From Myxococcota bacterium (GTDB lineage Bacteria > Myxococcota_A > Polyangia > Polyangiales > Houyiibacteriaceae): DNA of 42,523 nt. The stretch lies in NCBI GenBank assembly GCA_039030515.1, contig JBCCEA010000032.1, positions 1 through 42,523 of the forward strand, given 5' to 3'. The translations under genes were made by a program, and so were the position numbers. A model generated the notes under the pieces. It did no database searches. It was not told the origin of the DNA and was given only the letters and a program-made list of their open reading frames with translations. Below, piece after piece: positions 27,800 to 36,794 of this stretch; position 1 is the stretch's first letter; every line of letters begins with the position of its first letter.

Positions 27800-29053
27800 T
27801 TAAGAGGCCTGCGAGGATGCGCTTGGCGAGCGCCAGCAGAGCGAAGCGCCGATGATGTTGCGATCGTCCCAGCGAAAAGCGACATTTCCTTCGCGGAGGG
27901 CCACGGTCCACTCCTCGGAATCTTCGACCAGATAGAGCTCAGAGCCTCGATCTAGATTGACGACAAACCCCGGCGCCTCGATGCTTCGAAGCCCCACGCC
28001 GCGCAGCGCTAGCCTGTGCAGCACCGGCATGCGACTGGCGCATCCCATGCGCAACTTGGCGATGTCGACCGGCGCCTGAGGATCGCGCTTGCGAAGCACT
28101 AGGTAGATTTGCTCGACCTGTTTTGCTTCTGCCGGCAGTTCATCGAGCACGTACCAGCCCTCTCGCTGCTCGAAATGCGCGTGAATCAGCCTTGTCCAGT
28201 CCCGCCCAGTGAGGTTCTCAAGGCCCAGCACCAGCTTTTCAAATCCTGGACCGGGCGTTTGATGCAGATAAGGCGCAGTCGCCATCTCGGGCGTGGTTTC
28301 CTGCCACGAGCCCTGATGGAGATAACATGCGATGAAAAGCGCGCGAAGCTCCGAAAAAAGAACGTGAGGAGGAACATCGACTCCAGCCTGAAGGTCGTTG
28401 AGCAGACCGACAGCCCGGAGCACGGCACTCAAACAGTTCCTCACGGACATTTGCTGCGCACCACCGAGGTATTCGACCGCAACCTCCTGGCTGAGCCGTA
28501 CCTGGAGCTGCTCGATGCGGGCTCGAACCCGATGCAGCAGCTCCTGAAGATGGCTTGAGTGCACCGTCGAGAGCATGGACGGCATGGAACACAGTTGGGG
28601 CAGCCATCGTCCCTCCGCGTCTTGCCGAAATTCGCCGAGGAACATGCGCTCGGCGGTGCCCGGCAGATCTTCTTCTGCCGAGATCACCAAGCGATGCCAA
28701 ATATGCTCGACGCTCTTGCTGACCGCTGTCGTTTGTCGGAGCCGGAAAAGAAACAACCGGACAGCGGTTTCATCTCGGTCGTTTAGGTTGAAGGTAAAGC
28801 CCTCAACCTCGGCGTTTTCGCCCCGCACCGCCAGTTCTCCCGAAGGAAACAGGGTCGCTAGGGATTGCAGCCTAAGTAATCCTTCGTTTTGGAGCGCTGA
28901 TTCAGACCAGGTCAGAGCAGCAAACCCCGTAGGCGGAGGCCCCGATGCAAGCCTCCCGAGGGTACGTGCCTCTGTAGCGAGGTCTTCTGCCAGGGATTCG
29001 AAGTGCTCCGGTCGCAGCACTTGTCCAAGGCTCCATTTAACTCTGCCGAGCAT
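27800..29053 (-). CDS. tssK: T6SS baseplate TssK / IglD-like
   Basis: 'RVKWSLGQVLRPEHF', 'LFPSG', 'ALRGVGLR'; 417 aa; fourth gene after the sheath and tube genes. Confidence 0.8.
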   Translation of the reverse strand: MLGRVKWSLGQVLRPEHFESLAEDLATEARTLGRLASGPPPTGFAALTWSESALQNEGLLRLQSLATLFPSGELAVRGENAEVEGFTFNLNDRDETAVRLFLFRLRQTTAVSKSVEHIWHRLVISAEEDLPGTAERMFLGEFRQDAEGRWLPQLCSMPSMLSTVHSSHLQELLHRVRARIEQLQVRLSQEVAVEYLGGAQQMSVRNCLSAVLRAVGLLNDLQAGVDVPPHVLFSELRALFIACYLHQGSWQETTPEMATAPYLHQTPGPGFEKLVLGLENLTGRDWTRLIHAHFEQREGWYVLDELPAEAKQVEQIYLVLRKRDPQAPVDIAKLRMGCASRMPVLHRLALRGVGLRSIEAPGFVVNLDRGSELYLVEDSEEWTVALREGNVAFRWDDRNIIGASLCWRSPSASSQAS

Positions 29054-29268
29054 GGTATGAAGAGAGATTTTAGGCCTTTAACATGAATAGATTATTCGAT
29101 AGAAGAATCACTATGCATGTCTCGTCCAATCAAATATGCCCTTTATCTACAAAATATATTCGACAATAAGAGCTCTTCATCGAGTGGATTGTAGGAAGGA
29201 CTGATGCTGCATGAGGCATGACAGAAGAATTCTCTGTCGCGCAATACAGTAAGCTGTGTTTGAAAACA

Positions 29269-29919
29269 TCAACCAGCTGAGGCGGTCGTAAACTGGAATA
29301 CGGACCTAAGTGTCGTATTGTCAGCCACCGTTACTTCCTGTTTTAACTCGGTAGGAGACATCAGAAATGAAACTGTGGCGTAGGGAGTTCCACCTTCGGT
29401 AAGGGGGAATGAATTCGTATCAACGACCACTTGTTTTTCTCCATGTCCAGCCAGAGACATGCCACTCGGATCCGGAGATGTCATGACCTTACCTCTGACT
29501 TTGTATCCCACAAGGTCGTCTGCCATAGGGCTTCCCGTACCATAGGCGAAGTAGTGCGAAGCGGCTCCTGTCGCATTGGTCTCTGTGGGTTTCAAAATCA
29601 CTGCTGAAAGCTCTACATCTTCTGATACGTTAGATTCTCTCAAGGCGACTCTTATTTCCGCAAGCGTGTCCGAAGGTATAAAAAGCTGAATATATATAGG
29701 GTTATTTCCAAGCTTATTTAGCGTTTGCTGAACATAGCCAATAAAAGCACCAACGTTTACCTGGTCCCCCGATATCGGATTAGTGGCTGACAACACGTCT
29801 GGTACCGTTATACCTGCAATCTTGATTCCAGAAGCGAATCCTATAGGAAGCCTGGTGGTGCTTCCCTGAGCTGCACCTGGTGCATCGCAATGAATGGTTA
29901 ATACATTATTTGGGTTCAT
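29269..29919 (-). CDS. Putative T6SS tube protein, IglC-like (non-canonical Hcp)
   Basis: 216 aa, beta-rich, directly after the large sheath gene; 'LTIHCD..G....FASGIKIAG' resembles the recalled IglC N-terminus; no Hcp/DUF796 motifs. Confidence 0.6.
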   Translation of the reverse strand: MNPNNVLTIHCDAPGAAQGSTTRLPIGFASGIKIAGITVPDVLSATNPISGDQVNVGAFIGYVQQTLNKLGNNPIYIQLFIPSDTLAEIRVALRESNVSEDVELSAVILKPTETNATGAASHYFAYGTGSPMADDLVGYKVRGKVMTSPDPSGMSLAGHGEKQVVVDTNSFPLTEGGTPYATVSFLMSPTELKQEVTVADNTTLRSVFQFTTASAG

Positions 29920-29999
29920 TTTTTCTCTGCTGGGGTTTGTGGGGTTTGGGGTGAAAATATTCCTATTGGCCGCCAAGCAAACTTCACTAATAAGCTTAC

Positions 30000-31484
30000 T
30001 TAGCCTAATCTCGACTCTAGTCTTAGCTCTACATCCATGCCCTCAAACTGCAAGTGAGGGAGCACTGAGATGCTGCAGTTGTATTGACCGATTTGCCCTG
30101 GCTTCTCGGTTATTTCTATCTCTGCTGCCTTGAAGGGATAGACCCGCATAGTCAAGTCGGAGGGGTTTTTTACCGTCGTGACGCGACCCATAAGCCATTC
30201 TTGTAGGCTAGACTGAATCGTTGAAGCGTCGGCTTCAGAACCGATGTTGTCGCGCATCACGCAGCGCACGTAGTGGGCAATGCGGGTAATCGAGAGGGTG
30301 TAAGATAGATTGGCTACTAAAGCGGCGTTTTCGCTGTCTTTAGGGTCTTTGAACTGTGGAACAAATTTTGCCGACTGCACGCTAAAAAACGCCGCTTCAC
30401 CGGTGTTTTTCTTGTAGATAAGCGGGATGATCCCGTTGTTGGCAAGTTCGAGTTCGCGAAAGTCGGGTATGACGGTCTCTACCGGGGTTTTCTGCTCTTC
30501 CTGCCCGGACCAATCAAAGGTGTGCACCGGCAATCCAGTCACTCTTCCGCCGCCCTTGGGGCCACGGATGTACTGGCACCATCCGCTTTCCAGAAAGCTG
30601 CGAACCATATTTTTGGCCATCAAAATCGAGGCTGGACTCCAAGTGTAGTCGCTGTCTGCGTGTTCGGCCCGCTCTCGGTACTGGATGGTTTTGCAGGGGT
30701 TGTGAATCGGGTGGTACGGCAGTCGGGAAATATACCTTGGAAAGGTGAGTCCCACGTAGGCGGCTTCGTCTGTCTCTCGAAACTGATTCCAGCGACTGAA
30801 GCGGGGATGGGCCAAATGACCACTAAGATCCCGTACTTCGTCTAGCTCCGCTATGGTCTCAAAGCCGAAAAACTGCGGACCGATGTTTGTGAGAAACGGA
30901 GCGTGGGCCGCATTGGCGATTTTCGCCATCGTCTGGATCATACTGATGTCTTTGGGGTTGCTCCCGAATTCATAAAGGCCAACCGTGCAACCATAAGGCT
31001 CCCCGCCGTACTGGTCGTATTCTTTGACGTAGAGTCGGTCGAATAGGACGCTGCCGGAGACGTCTACGGCGTTGGTGTCGAGGTCGTCCTCAAGCTCGTC
31101 CTTGGTGACGTCCATTACGCTCACCTTGACATTGCTACGGGATGGAACTGACGATAGCAGTTCGTCGATACCTCGCCAGGTCCCTTCGAGTTTTTGAAAC
31201 TCTTTGTTATGAAGGACCTGGTCCATCCGAATGTTGATCAACTCGTCGATCGCAGCGATCTGTCTTTGAATTTCGGCGGTGACCGAAACCCCCTCTTCGT
31301 CCTCATCCATGTTGAGGGCGAGCACCGCAAGCCCGCTGACCAGTCGGTCCTCGGGGGTGAAGTTTTGGGTGTCGGAGCGAGCGAGTTTGGCATTGCCGGT
31401 ATCGTCGAGCAGCGGCTCGATTTCGACCTCTGCGTTCAGATTGCTGTGCGTGAGAAGCTCGGTAAGCAGTTCGGTTTCCGACAT
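30000..31484 (-). CDS. tssC: T6SS contractile sheath large subunit TssC (IglB-type)
   Basis: EYDQYGGEPYG, AHAPF, IRGPKGGG, RIAHY, YPF, PHLQFEGM. Confidence 0.97.
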   Translation of the reverse strand: MSETELLTELLTHSNLNAEVEIEPLLDDTGNAKLARSDTQNFTPEDRLVSGLAVLALNMDEDEEGVSVTAEIQRQIAAIDELINIRMDQVLHNKEFQKLEGTWRGIDELLSSVPSRSNVKVSVMDVTKDELEDDLDTNAVDVSGSVLFDRLYVKEYDQYGGEPYGCTVGLYEFGSNPKDISMIQTMAKIANAAHAPFLTNIGPQFFGFETIAELDEVRDLSGHLAHPRFSRWNQFRETDEAAYVGLTFPRYISRLPYHPIHNPCKTIQYRERAEHADSDYTWSPASILMAKNMVRSFLESGWCQYIRGPKGGGRVTGLPVHTFDWSGQEEQKTPVETVIPDFRELELANNGIIPLIYKKNTGEAAFFSVQSAKFVPQFKDPKDSENAALVANLSYTLSITRIAHYVRCVMRDNIGSEADASTIQSSLQEWLMGRVTTVKNPSDLTMRVYPFKAAEIEITEKPGQIGQYNCSISVLPHLQFEGMDVELRLESRLG

Positions 31485-31487
31485 GAT

Positions 31488-32051
31488 TCAGGCCTCCTCG
31501 GATGACGCTGGGGTTTCTTCGGTGCCGTCGGCGGGCTTGCCCAAGAGCTGCTCGGGTTTCGGTAGGCGGAACGAGTCGTATCCCTTGCCGGAAAGCGTGC
31601 TTCGCAGAGTCTCGGTTTGCTGGGATCGAACGACGTTGACCAGCTTGTTACGAAGTGCGCGGCGATTGGAAAGGCTTGCCTGCAGTTCGGTCAGCAGCTG
31701 CCTAGTGAGCACCAAGGAGCGGATGCTCGGCACCGATTCGGCGATTTTGTCGGGCTCGAAATCGCGTATCGACTTGAACTCAAGCTGTACCTCTTCGTCG
31801 GCATCGCCGGTGATGGCCGGTAGGTTGAGCTTGACCCGTGCGCCGCCGAGATTTTCGAACACCGAAGGGAGGGTTGCTTTGGTGACCGCGTGTACTTCTC
31901 GCTCTTCGATAGGTCCCCTCTCGGGATTGTTGGTGAGATCACCGAGAACCATAAAGCGCAAGGGAAGGTCGACATCCTTTGCCTCACCGTCGATCTTGGT
32001 GCGGTACCGTAGGGTAATTCTAGATTTAGGAATCTCGTCTTGAACTGCCAT
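31488..32051 (-). CDS. tssB: T6SS contractile sheath small subunit TssB (IglA-type)
   Basis: 'IPKSRITLRYRT', 'LPLRFMVLGDL', 'FKSIRDFEPDKIA..VP'; GGAGG upstream. Confidence 0.95.
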   Translation of the reverse strand: MAVQDEIPKSRITLRYRTKIDGEAKDVDLPLRFMVLGDLTNNPERGPIEEREVHAVTKATLPSVFENLGGARVKLNLPAITGDADEEVQLEFKSIRDFEPDKIAESVPSIRSLVLTRQLLTELQASLSNRRALRNKLVNVVRSQQTETLRSTLSGKGYDSFRLPKPEQLLGKPADGTEETPASSEEA

Positions 32052-32401
32052 GCTCTTTGGCCTCCGATGCTTGTGGCGACTGCTGCTTTGGTCAGCTTCG
32101 GGCAGTGCCTCAGCTGCACCTACGTCGTAGGTTGCCTCACACGATGAGCTTGCACCATTTCAAATCGTTTCTTGCGGTCGGTTTCTCCTAAGTTCTTCAC
32201 GCGTCACAATGTGGCACTCGTGATAGCGGTGTCCAGGCGACCTCGAATGACTTCTTCCGCTCGGTGTCGATCGACGACTTCCGGGGCGCGACTTCGCCGC
32301 CTGATATCGGATGAGCGCGCCGACTGCGGCACAGCATGCTACAGAATTTAAGACTCACTGCGTCCAACTGGCCGCTTCGTCCCTTTCAAAGGTGAACCCC
32401 A

Positions 32402-34942
32402 ATGTCAACTCTGCCCTACCCAAGCGATCAATCCGTACCTTTTCGGCCGTCGGACCGTCAGCGTTTTTTTACTCGGGTGATGGGTTCTCGGCTGACGGGT
32501 CTCGGGTTGAAGGATCCAGGAGATTTAGGAGATCCACGCGTCGTCGCTCCTCAGGACTGGGAAGTGGTGAACCGCCCAACCGGCCCTCAGGCTCAAGCCG
32601 GTCCAGGCGCCACCGCCCTTGATGGCAAGCTCACGATCACTCCCGCGGGTAAAGATTCCCATCAGCTTTCGCTCAAGAGCCTGAATTCTTTTGACCTGGA
32701 GCTTTGGCCGGAAGGGTTTTTCGGTCGAGTAGTCTGCACCCTCGCAGACTACATCCCGCCCTCTGACGGCTCCGGTTCGGCCGCAGATATGCCCCGCGAC
32801 CTCCTCCACCCGGACATCTACTCAAATGCGCTCATGGAGGTACAGCTCGACCTGGAGATCCACTGGAATCAAAAAGACAAAAACCAGACCGATTTGGAGG
32901 ACTATAGGCACCAAAACCTCTGCCTCAAGGGCCTTTTGACGAAGCGCAGCGTCGAGGAGCATGCCTCGACCGACAGTACTGAACCCGGCCACATCCGTCG
33001 CGTCTACTCACTCGAATTTGCCGATGCGGCCTATGTTCTATTGAGAAACTCCTTTCCTACCGCGCTTCAGTCTTCGATTCGCCGGGAATCTAACGAAGCT
33101 CCGCCTCCGATTTCGATTCTTAAAGCCATCCGGAAGCAGCTGCCGACGACGCATATCGACGTGCTGAGCGACTGGGAAGAAATGACAAAGACGCGCGACC
33201 ACGTGTTCTTCGGGCTTCAGCCACAGCATCAAGCATCCCTGCTCTCGTACATGCGCTGGGTGGCACGAAGCTTCAATGGAGCGTTGCTCTACGACTACCG
33301 CGAACAAGCGAAAGCCACCTACAGGCTTGTCGAGAAAAAGCCGAATGCGAGCTTTGAAACTGAGCTGCCTCGAGAATGGTTCGATGCCTCTCAGGTCCGC
33401 TGCCCGGAAGAGCCCCGTTTTGACGTTGGGTTGGTGAACACCAGCGCTTTTTTGGATCCGAGCAAACGCTACCCCAATGACGAGACCGGATACACCGAGG
33501 TGGCGCGAAGCCCGGCGCTCGATCCGGAAGTAAGCCTTACTCCCCTGCGTCACGATCAGGTGGTGGCGACGCCGATTGGGGCCGAGTTGGACGCGCTTGC
33601 ACAGCACGCCGCGCATCGCTACCCGGATACCCAAGCGACCTACGCGCTGCGTGCCGTCAATCCTCTGGTCGTCCTGCCCGGCGATAACTTGAAGACCACC
33701 GAGGACCCGCGGTGGTTTGAGGCGCTTCAAATCGGGAAAAAAGAGCACCGGTGCACTCGAGTCCGCTGGTCTGGTATCAACAGCATAGGGGTGAGCACCC
33801 AAAACCCTCAGCCCACCGAAAAGGAAGACCCGACGAGCTTTCGCTGCGACCAGGAACTCGAAATGGAAGCGCCCTCCTCCGTTTATTTTCCTCTATTCAC
33901 TGACTACGTGCAGCCGCACTATCCGATGGAGGCCGAGGCTATCGTCGAGGCGCTCGAGCCAGAATCGAGCGATCCGAAGCAGAAGCAGAAGTTCCTCACC
34001 GAGGACAAGCCCGTAACCACCGTGATCTGCCGGATTCCTGCGTTCAACGCGACGGTGAAGGTTCCCGTTCGGCCGATAGCGGAGCCGGGGATGGTTCTGA
34101 ATCCCCGAAAAGGCTACAAAATCCTCCTCGAGCTCGACCACCTCGAGTGCCGCATGATCCGCTACGTGGAACATCGGCCGAGTACCTCCGGTCTGGTAAA
34201 AAACGACAACCAAGCTGCTGCCATCGCACTCGGTCTCGATCCGCAAAAAGACGGCTTTTCGATCGTCCACGGCTACGAAGACGGCGTTCCGACCACGGTG
34301 CTCGAGAGGCGCAACGATTGCGATACCGGTAATTCCTCGGTGCAGCTGCAGCTCACCGAAGATGGGTTTCTGGTCGTTCATCAGGACGACCGCAGTAAAG
34401 ACAAGACCCGGATCTGTACGCTCGACCTCAACCGCGAAGACGGCATCTTGATCGAAGTTCAAGACCGCAAAACCAATGCGTCTCAGCGCATTCAGCTGGA
34501 TGGCGAGAAGCTGGCGTGTGAAGTGAGCCATGGAGAGAGCACGTCAACGTTCGAGCAAACGCCAACGACCATCAAGATTGCGGCAGCAGAAGTTCTGATC
34601 GAATCGGACACCACGCAAATGATTTCGACGGCCCAGACCGTAATCGAGGCCGGGGGCGACTTCACCACCAAGGCCGATGCGAGCTCGGTCCACTCCGCCG
34701 CTGCGGAGTACAGCATTAAGTCAGACGCCCAGGCCGCCTTGGAAGCTCTCGAGATCGCCATCAAGTCTACGGCTGCGACCTCGCTAGAGGCGGTGAAGTT
34801 CGATCTGACAGCTACGGATATCGGAATCGTTGCCGCTTCTTCGTTCGAGACTTCCGCAGCCACCTGGAGTGTTAAGGGAGCTATGACGGCCACCATCGAT
34901 GCTGCAGTCTCTACGATAAAAAACTTGGTGAAATTCGGATAA
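32402..34942 (+). CDS. Divergent VgrG-like spike protein (hub domain + C-terminal beta-helix)
   Basis: 846 aa; first gene of the + T6SS operon; last ~200 aa show gp5/VgrG-like beta-strand periodicity ending 'LVKFG'. Confidence 0.7.
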   Translation: MSTLPYPSDQSVPFRPSDRQRFFTRVMGSRLTGLGLKDPGDLGDPRVVAPQDWEVVNRPTGPQAQAGPGATALDGKLTITPAGKDSHQLSLKSLNSFDLELWPEGFFGRVVCTLADYIPPSDGSGSAADMPRDLLHPDIYSNALMEVQLDLEIHWNQKDKNQTDLEDYRHQNLCLKGLLTKRSVEEHASTDSTEPGHIRRVYSLEFADAAYVLLRNSFPTALQSSIRRESNEAPPPISILKAIRKQLPTTHIDVLSDWEEMTKTRDHVFFGLQPQHQASLLSYMRWVARSFNGALLYDYREQAKATYRLVEKKPNASFETELPREWFDASQVRCPEEPRFDVGLVNTSAFLDPSKRYPNDETGYTEVARSPALDPEVSLTPLRHDQVVATPIGAELDALAQHAAHRYPDTQATYALRAVNPLVVLPGDNLKTTEDPRWFEALQIGKKEHRCTRVRWSGINSIGVSTQNPQPTEKEDPTSFRCDQELEMEAPSSVYFPLFTDYVQPHYPMEAEAIVEALEPESSDPKQKQKFLTEDKPVTTVICRIPAFNATVKVPVRPIAEPGMVLNPRKGYKILLELDHLECRMIRYVEHRPSTSGLVKNDNQAAAIALGLDPQKDGFSIVHGYEDGVPTTVLERRNDCDTGNSSVQLQLTEDGFLVVHQDDRSKDKTRICTLDLNREDGILIEVQDRKTNASQRIQLDGEKLACEVSHGESTSTFEQTPTTIKIAAAEVLIESDTTQMISTAQTVIEAGGDFTTKADASSVHSAAAEYSIKSDAQAALEALEIAIKSTAATSLEAVKFDLTATDIGIVAASSFETSAATWSVKGAMTATIDAAVSTIKNLVKFG

Positions 34943-35165
34943 GAACCAATGGGTCACTTCGCGGTCGAGTCCCAAGTGCGGTGAATGAATCTGCCGGGCG
35001 AATGACACGCAGCAAGCACTCCCGGCGTGTGGTAGTCCGCCCGTGAAGGCGAGGTCACTCGATCAAACCACCTCAGAGATGGCTCACTCACGCCATCCCG
35101 GTGATGTAGGCACGTCGATGAGGCGGACCTTTTTGAGATTTCGGTTACGATAGACGGCACGGGTG

Positions 35166-36794
35166 ATGGGCAGCGATCTGTACGACCGATTTTTGACGGA
35201 GCTCGGGGAACTTCAGAAATTCCGCCGGGTATATCAGGAACTTCATCCCTCCTTAAAACTCCCTGAGTCTGATCCGCATGTGACCCTGATCGTCGAGAGC
35301 ATGGCGGTCTATGCGGCGCGGACGCAGAAGATCCTCGATACCGATCGGCGCTACCGCTACCAGACCCTGATGTGGCAGTACTTTCCCTACCTCATGCGCG
35401 CCCTGCCCTCGCTAGGCGTGATGCGTGCGGTTCCCACGGGGGCGGCTGCCGAGCCTGCCGTGGTCGAGGCCGGTGAACGGTTCAAGGTCGAGGCCCAAGA
35501 AAGCGGACAGGCGACGATATACCGACTGCTCGCCCCGATTCGCGTCTTGCCGCTCACCATCGAAAACGTCGAGCTGCGACCCGGCCCTACGGGAGGTCCC
35601 CGGTTTGCACTCGAGTTCCGCTCACTTTTGGCGCGCTCTCAGTATCCGGTTGGGTCCCTGCGTCTGCATATCAATCATCTCGGCAGCTACTGGGGTTCAC
35701 GTAAGATCTGGTCGGCTCTGCGAGACAAGACGGTGCAGGTTTCGGTGATCTACGACGAGGGAGCTCAGTCCTCGGCCGTAGCTGCTTGTCCCTATCGCTT
35801 TGAGCTCAAAGACCTTCAGGGCATTTGGAATCCGGTCGAGGCCGTTCGCTACCGGATCCATCGCCCTGAGTTGGATCATTTTCTGGAAGTCGAACTGCCC
35901 GCCTCGGAGACCGCCTGGAGTCGATTCACGCTGCTTTTTGACACTTCGGTGGACTGGCCCTCCGAGTTGAACATCGCTCGAGGCGACATACATCTCGGCT
36001 GCGGACCCATCGAGAACCAGATCAGGGCCTACGCTTCGCCCGTGAGCGTCGATGGAACCCGCAGAACCTACCCGATACTGCCCCCGGATTCCGGTTCCCA
36101 ATGGCAGCTCGCCGAAGTGCGCGGGGTGTCCCGAGTGACGCGTCGTAAGAGCATTCCTCTAAGATCGGGGGTGATTCCAGGGCCTGAGGGTACGTTCGAA
36201 GTGCGTTACGCAGAAGAGGACGGCAAGACACCCGAGCTCGTCGTTTCTTTGCCCTCCACAGTAGTGGACGACGTGGTTTTGTCGGTCGATGCCGACTGGA
36301 TCGATACCCGTTTTGAAAAGTACCTTCAGCAGTCGCTGAAGTTCACGCCCTACGATCGCGTGACCTCCTTTGCGAAATGGGACCTTGCCGGCAGCCTCGT
36401 CGGCAATCGCCCCGGGCTGGAGGCTCAAGACGGAGCGACGTTCCTCAGGCTTTTGGCGCTTCGTAGTGCACACAGGCCCGATGCGGACGAGTTGCGCACG
36501 TTGCTTGCGGCCGTGGGGGCGTACTCGGGCGTATTTCGCGGCTCGGCGCTGCAGCTCAGCGAAATATCCTCCTTGATCGACCACCAAAGCTCGATCGATG
36601 CGCTCGTCTACCGGCTCTTGTACACCGGGGTTCCTAAAGAGCGATTTGGGGAATGCGTCGCCCTTTCGGAGCGGGTGGGCGCGTTGCTTCGCGGATGGCT
36701 TCCGGCGCCCCAAGTGACGCTCGAGGTCACCTCGGATGCGGCGGAAGAGCGTCATATCGATGAGGATCCCAGGCTCGGGGAGGCTACGCCTTGA
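35166..36794 (+). CDS. tssF: T6SS baseplate TssF (IglH-equivalent)
   Basis: 'FLTEL..L......HP......DPHV..IVESMA..AAR', 'FPYLMRALPS', 'LGCGPIEN'. Confidence 0.85.
   Translation: MGSDLYDRFLTELGELQKFRRVYQELHPSLKLPESDPHVTLIVESMAVYAARTQKILDTDRRYRYQTLMWQYFPYLMRALPSLGVMRAVPTGAAAEPAVVEAGERFKVEAQESGQATIYRLLAPIRVLPLTIENVELRPGPTGGPRFALEFRSLLARSQYPVGSLRLHINHLGSYWGSRKIWSALRDKTVQVSVIYDEGAQSSAVAACPYRFELKDLQGIWNPVEAVRYRIHRPELDHFLEVELPASETAWSRFTLLFDTSVDWPSELNIARGDIHLGCGPIENQIRAYASPVSVDGTRRTYPILPPDSGSQWQLAEVRGVSRVTRRKSIPLRSGVIPGPEGTFEVRYAEEDGKTPELVVSLPSTVVDDVVLSVDADWIDTRFEKYLQQSLKFTPYDRVTSFAKWDLAGSLVGNRPGLEAQDGATFLRLLALRSAHRPDADELRTLLAAVGAYSGVFRGSALQLSEISSLIDHQSSIDALVYRLLYTGVPKERFGECVALSERVGALLRGWLPAPQVTLEVTSDAAEERHIDEDPRLGEATP

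Noticed and set aside
32212..32227. Sigma-54-like TGGCAC..GC promoter
   Set aside because: GG-to-GC spacing is one base too long and the -12 element is TAGC.
31279..34531. Long antisense ORFs (e.g. 31279-32043, 33038-33802, 33893-34531)
   Set aside because: Shadow ORFs opposite well-supported genes, expected in GC-rich DNA.
34943..35165. Hidden PAAR gene after the spike
   Set aside because: Plus-strand frames are short and lack PAAR or Cys/His motifs; the 68-aa minus ORF has no recognisable features.
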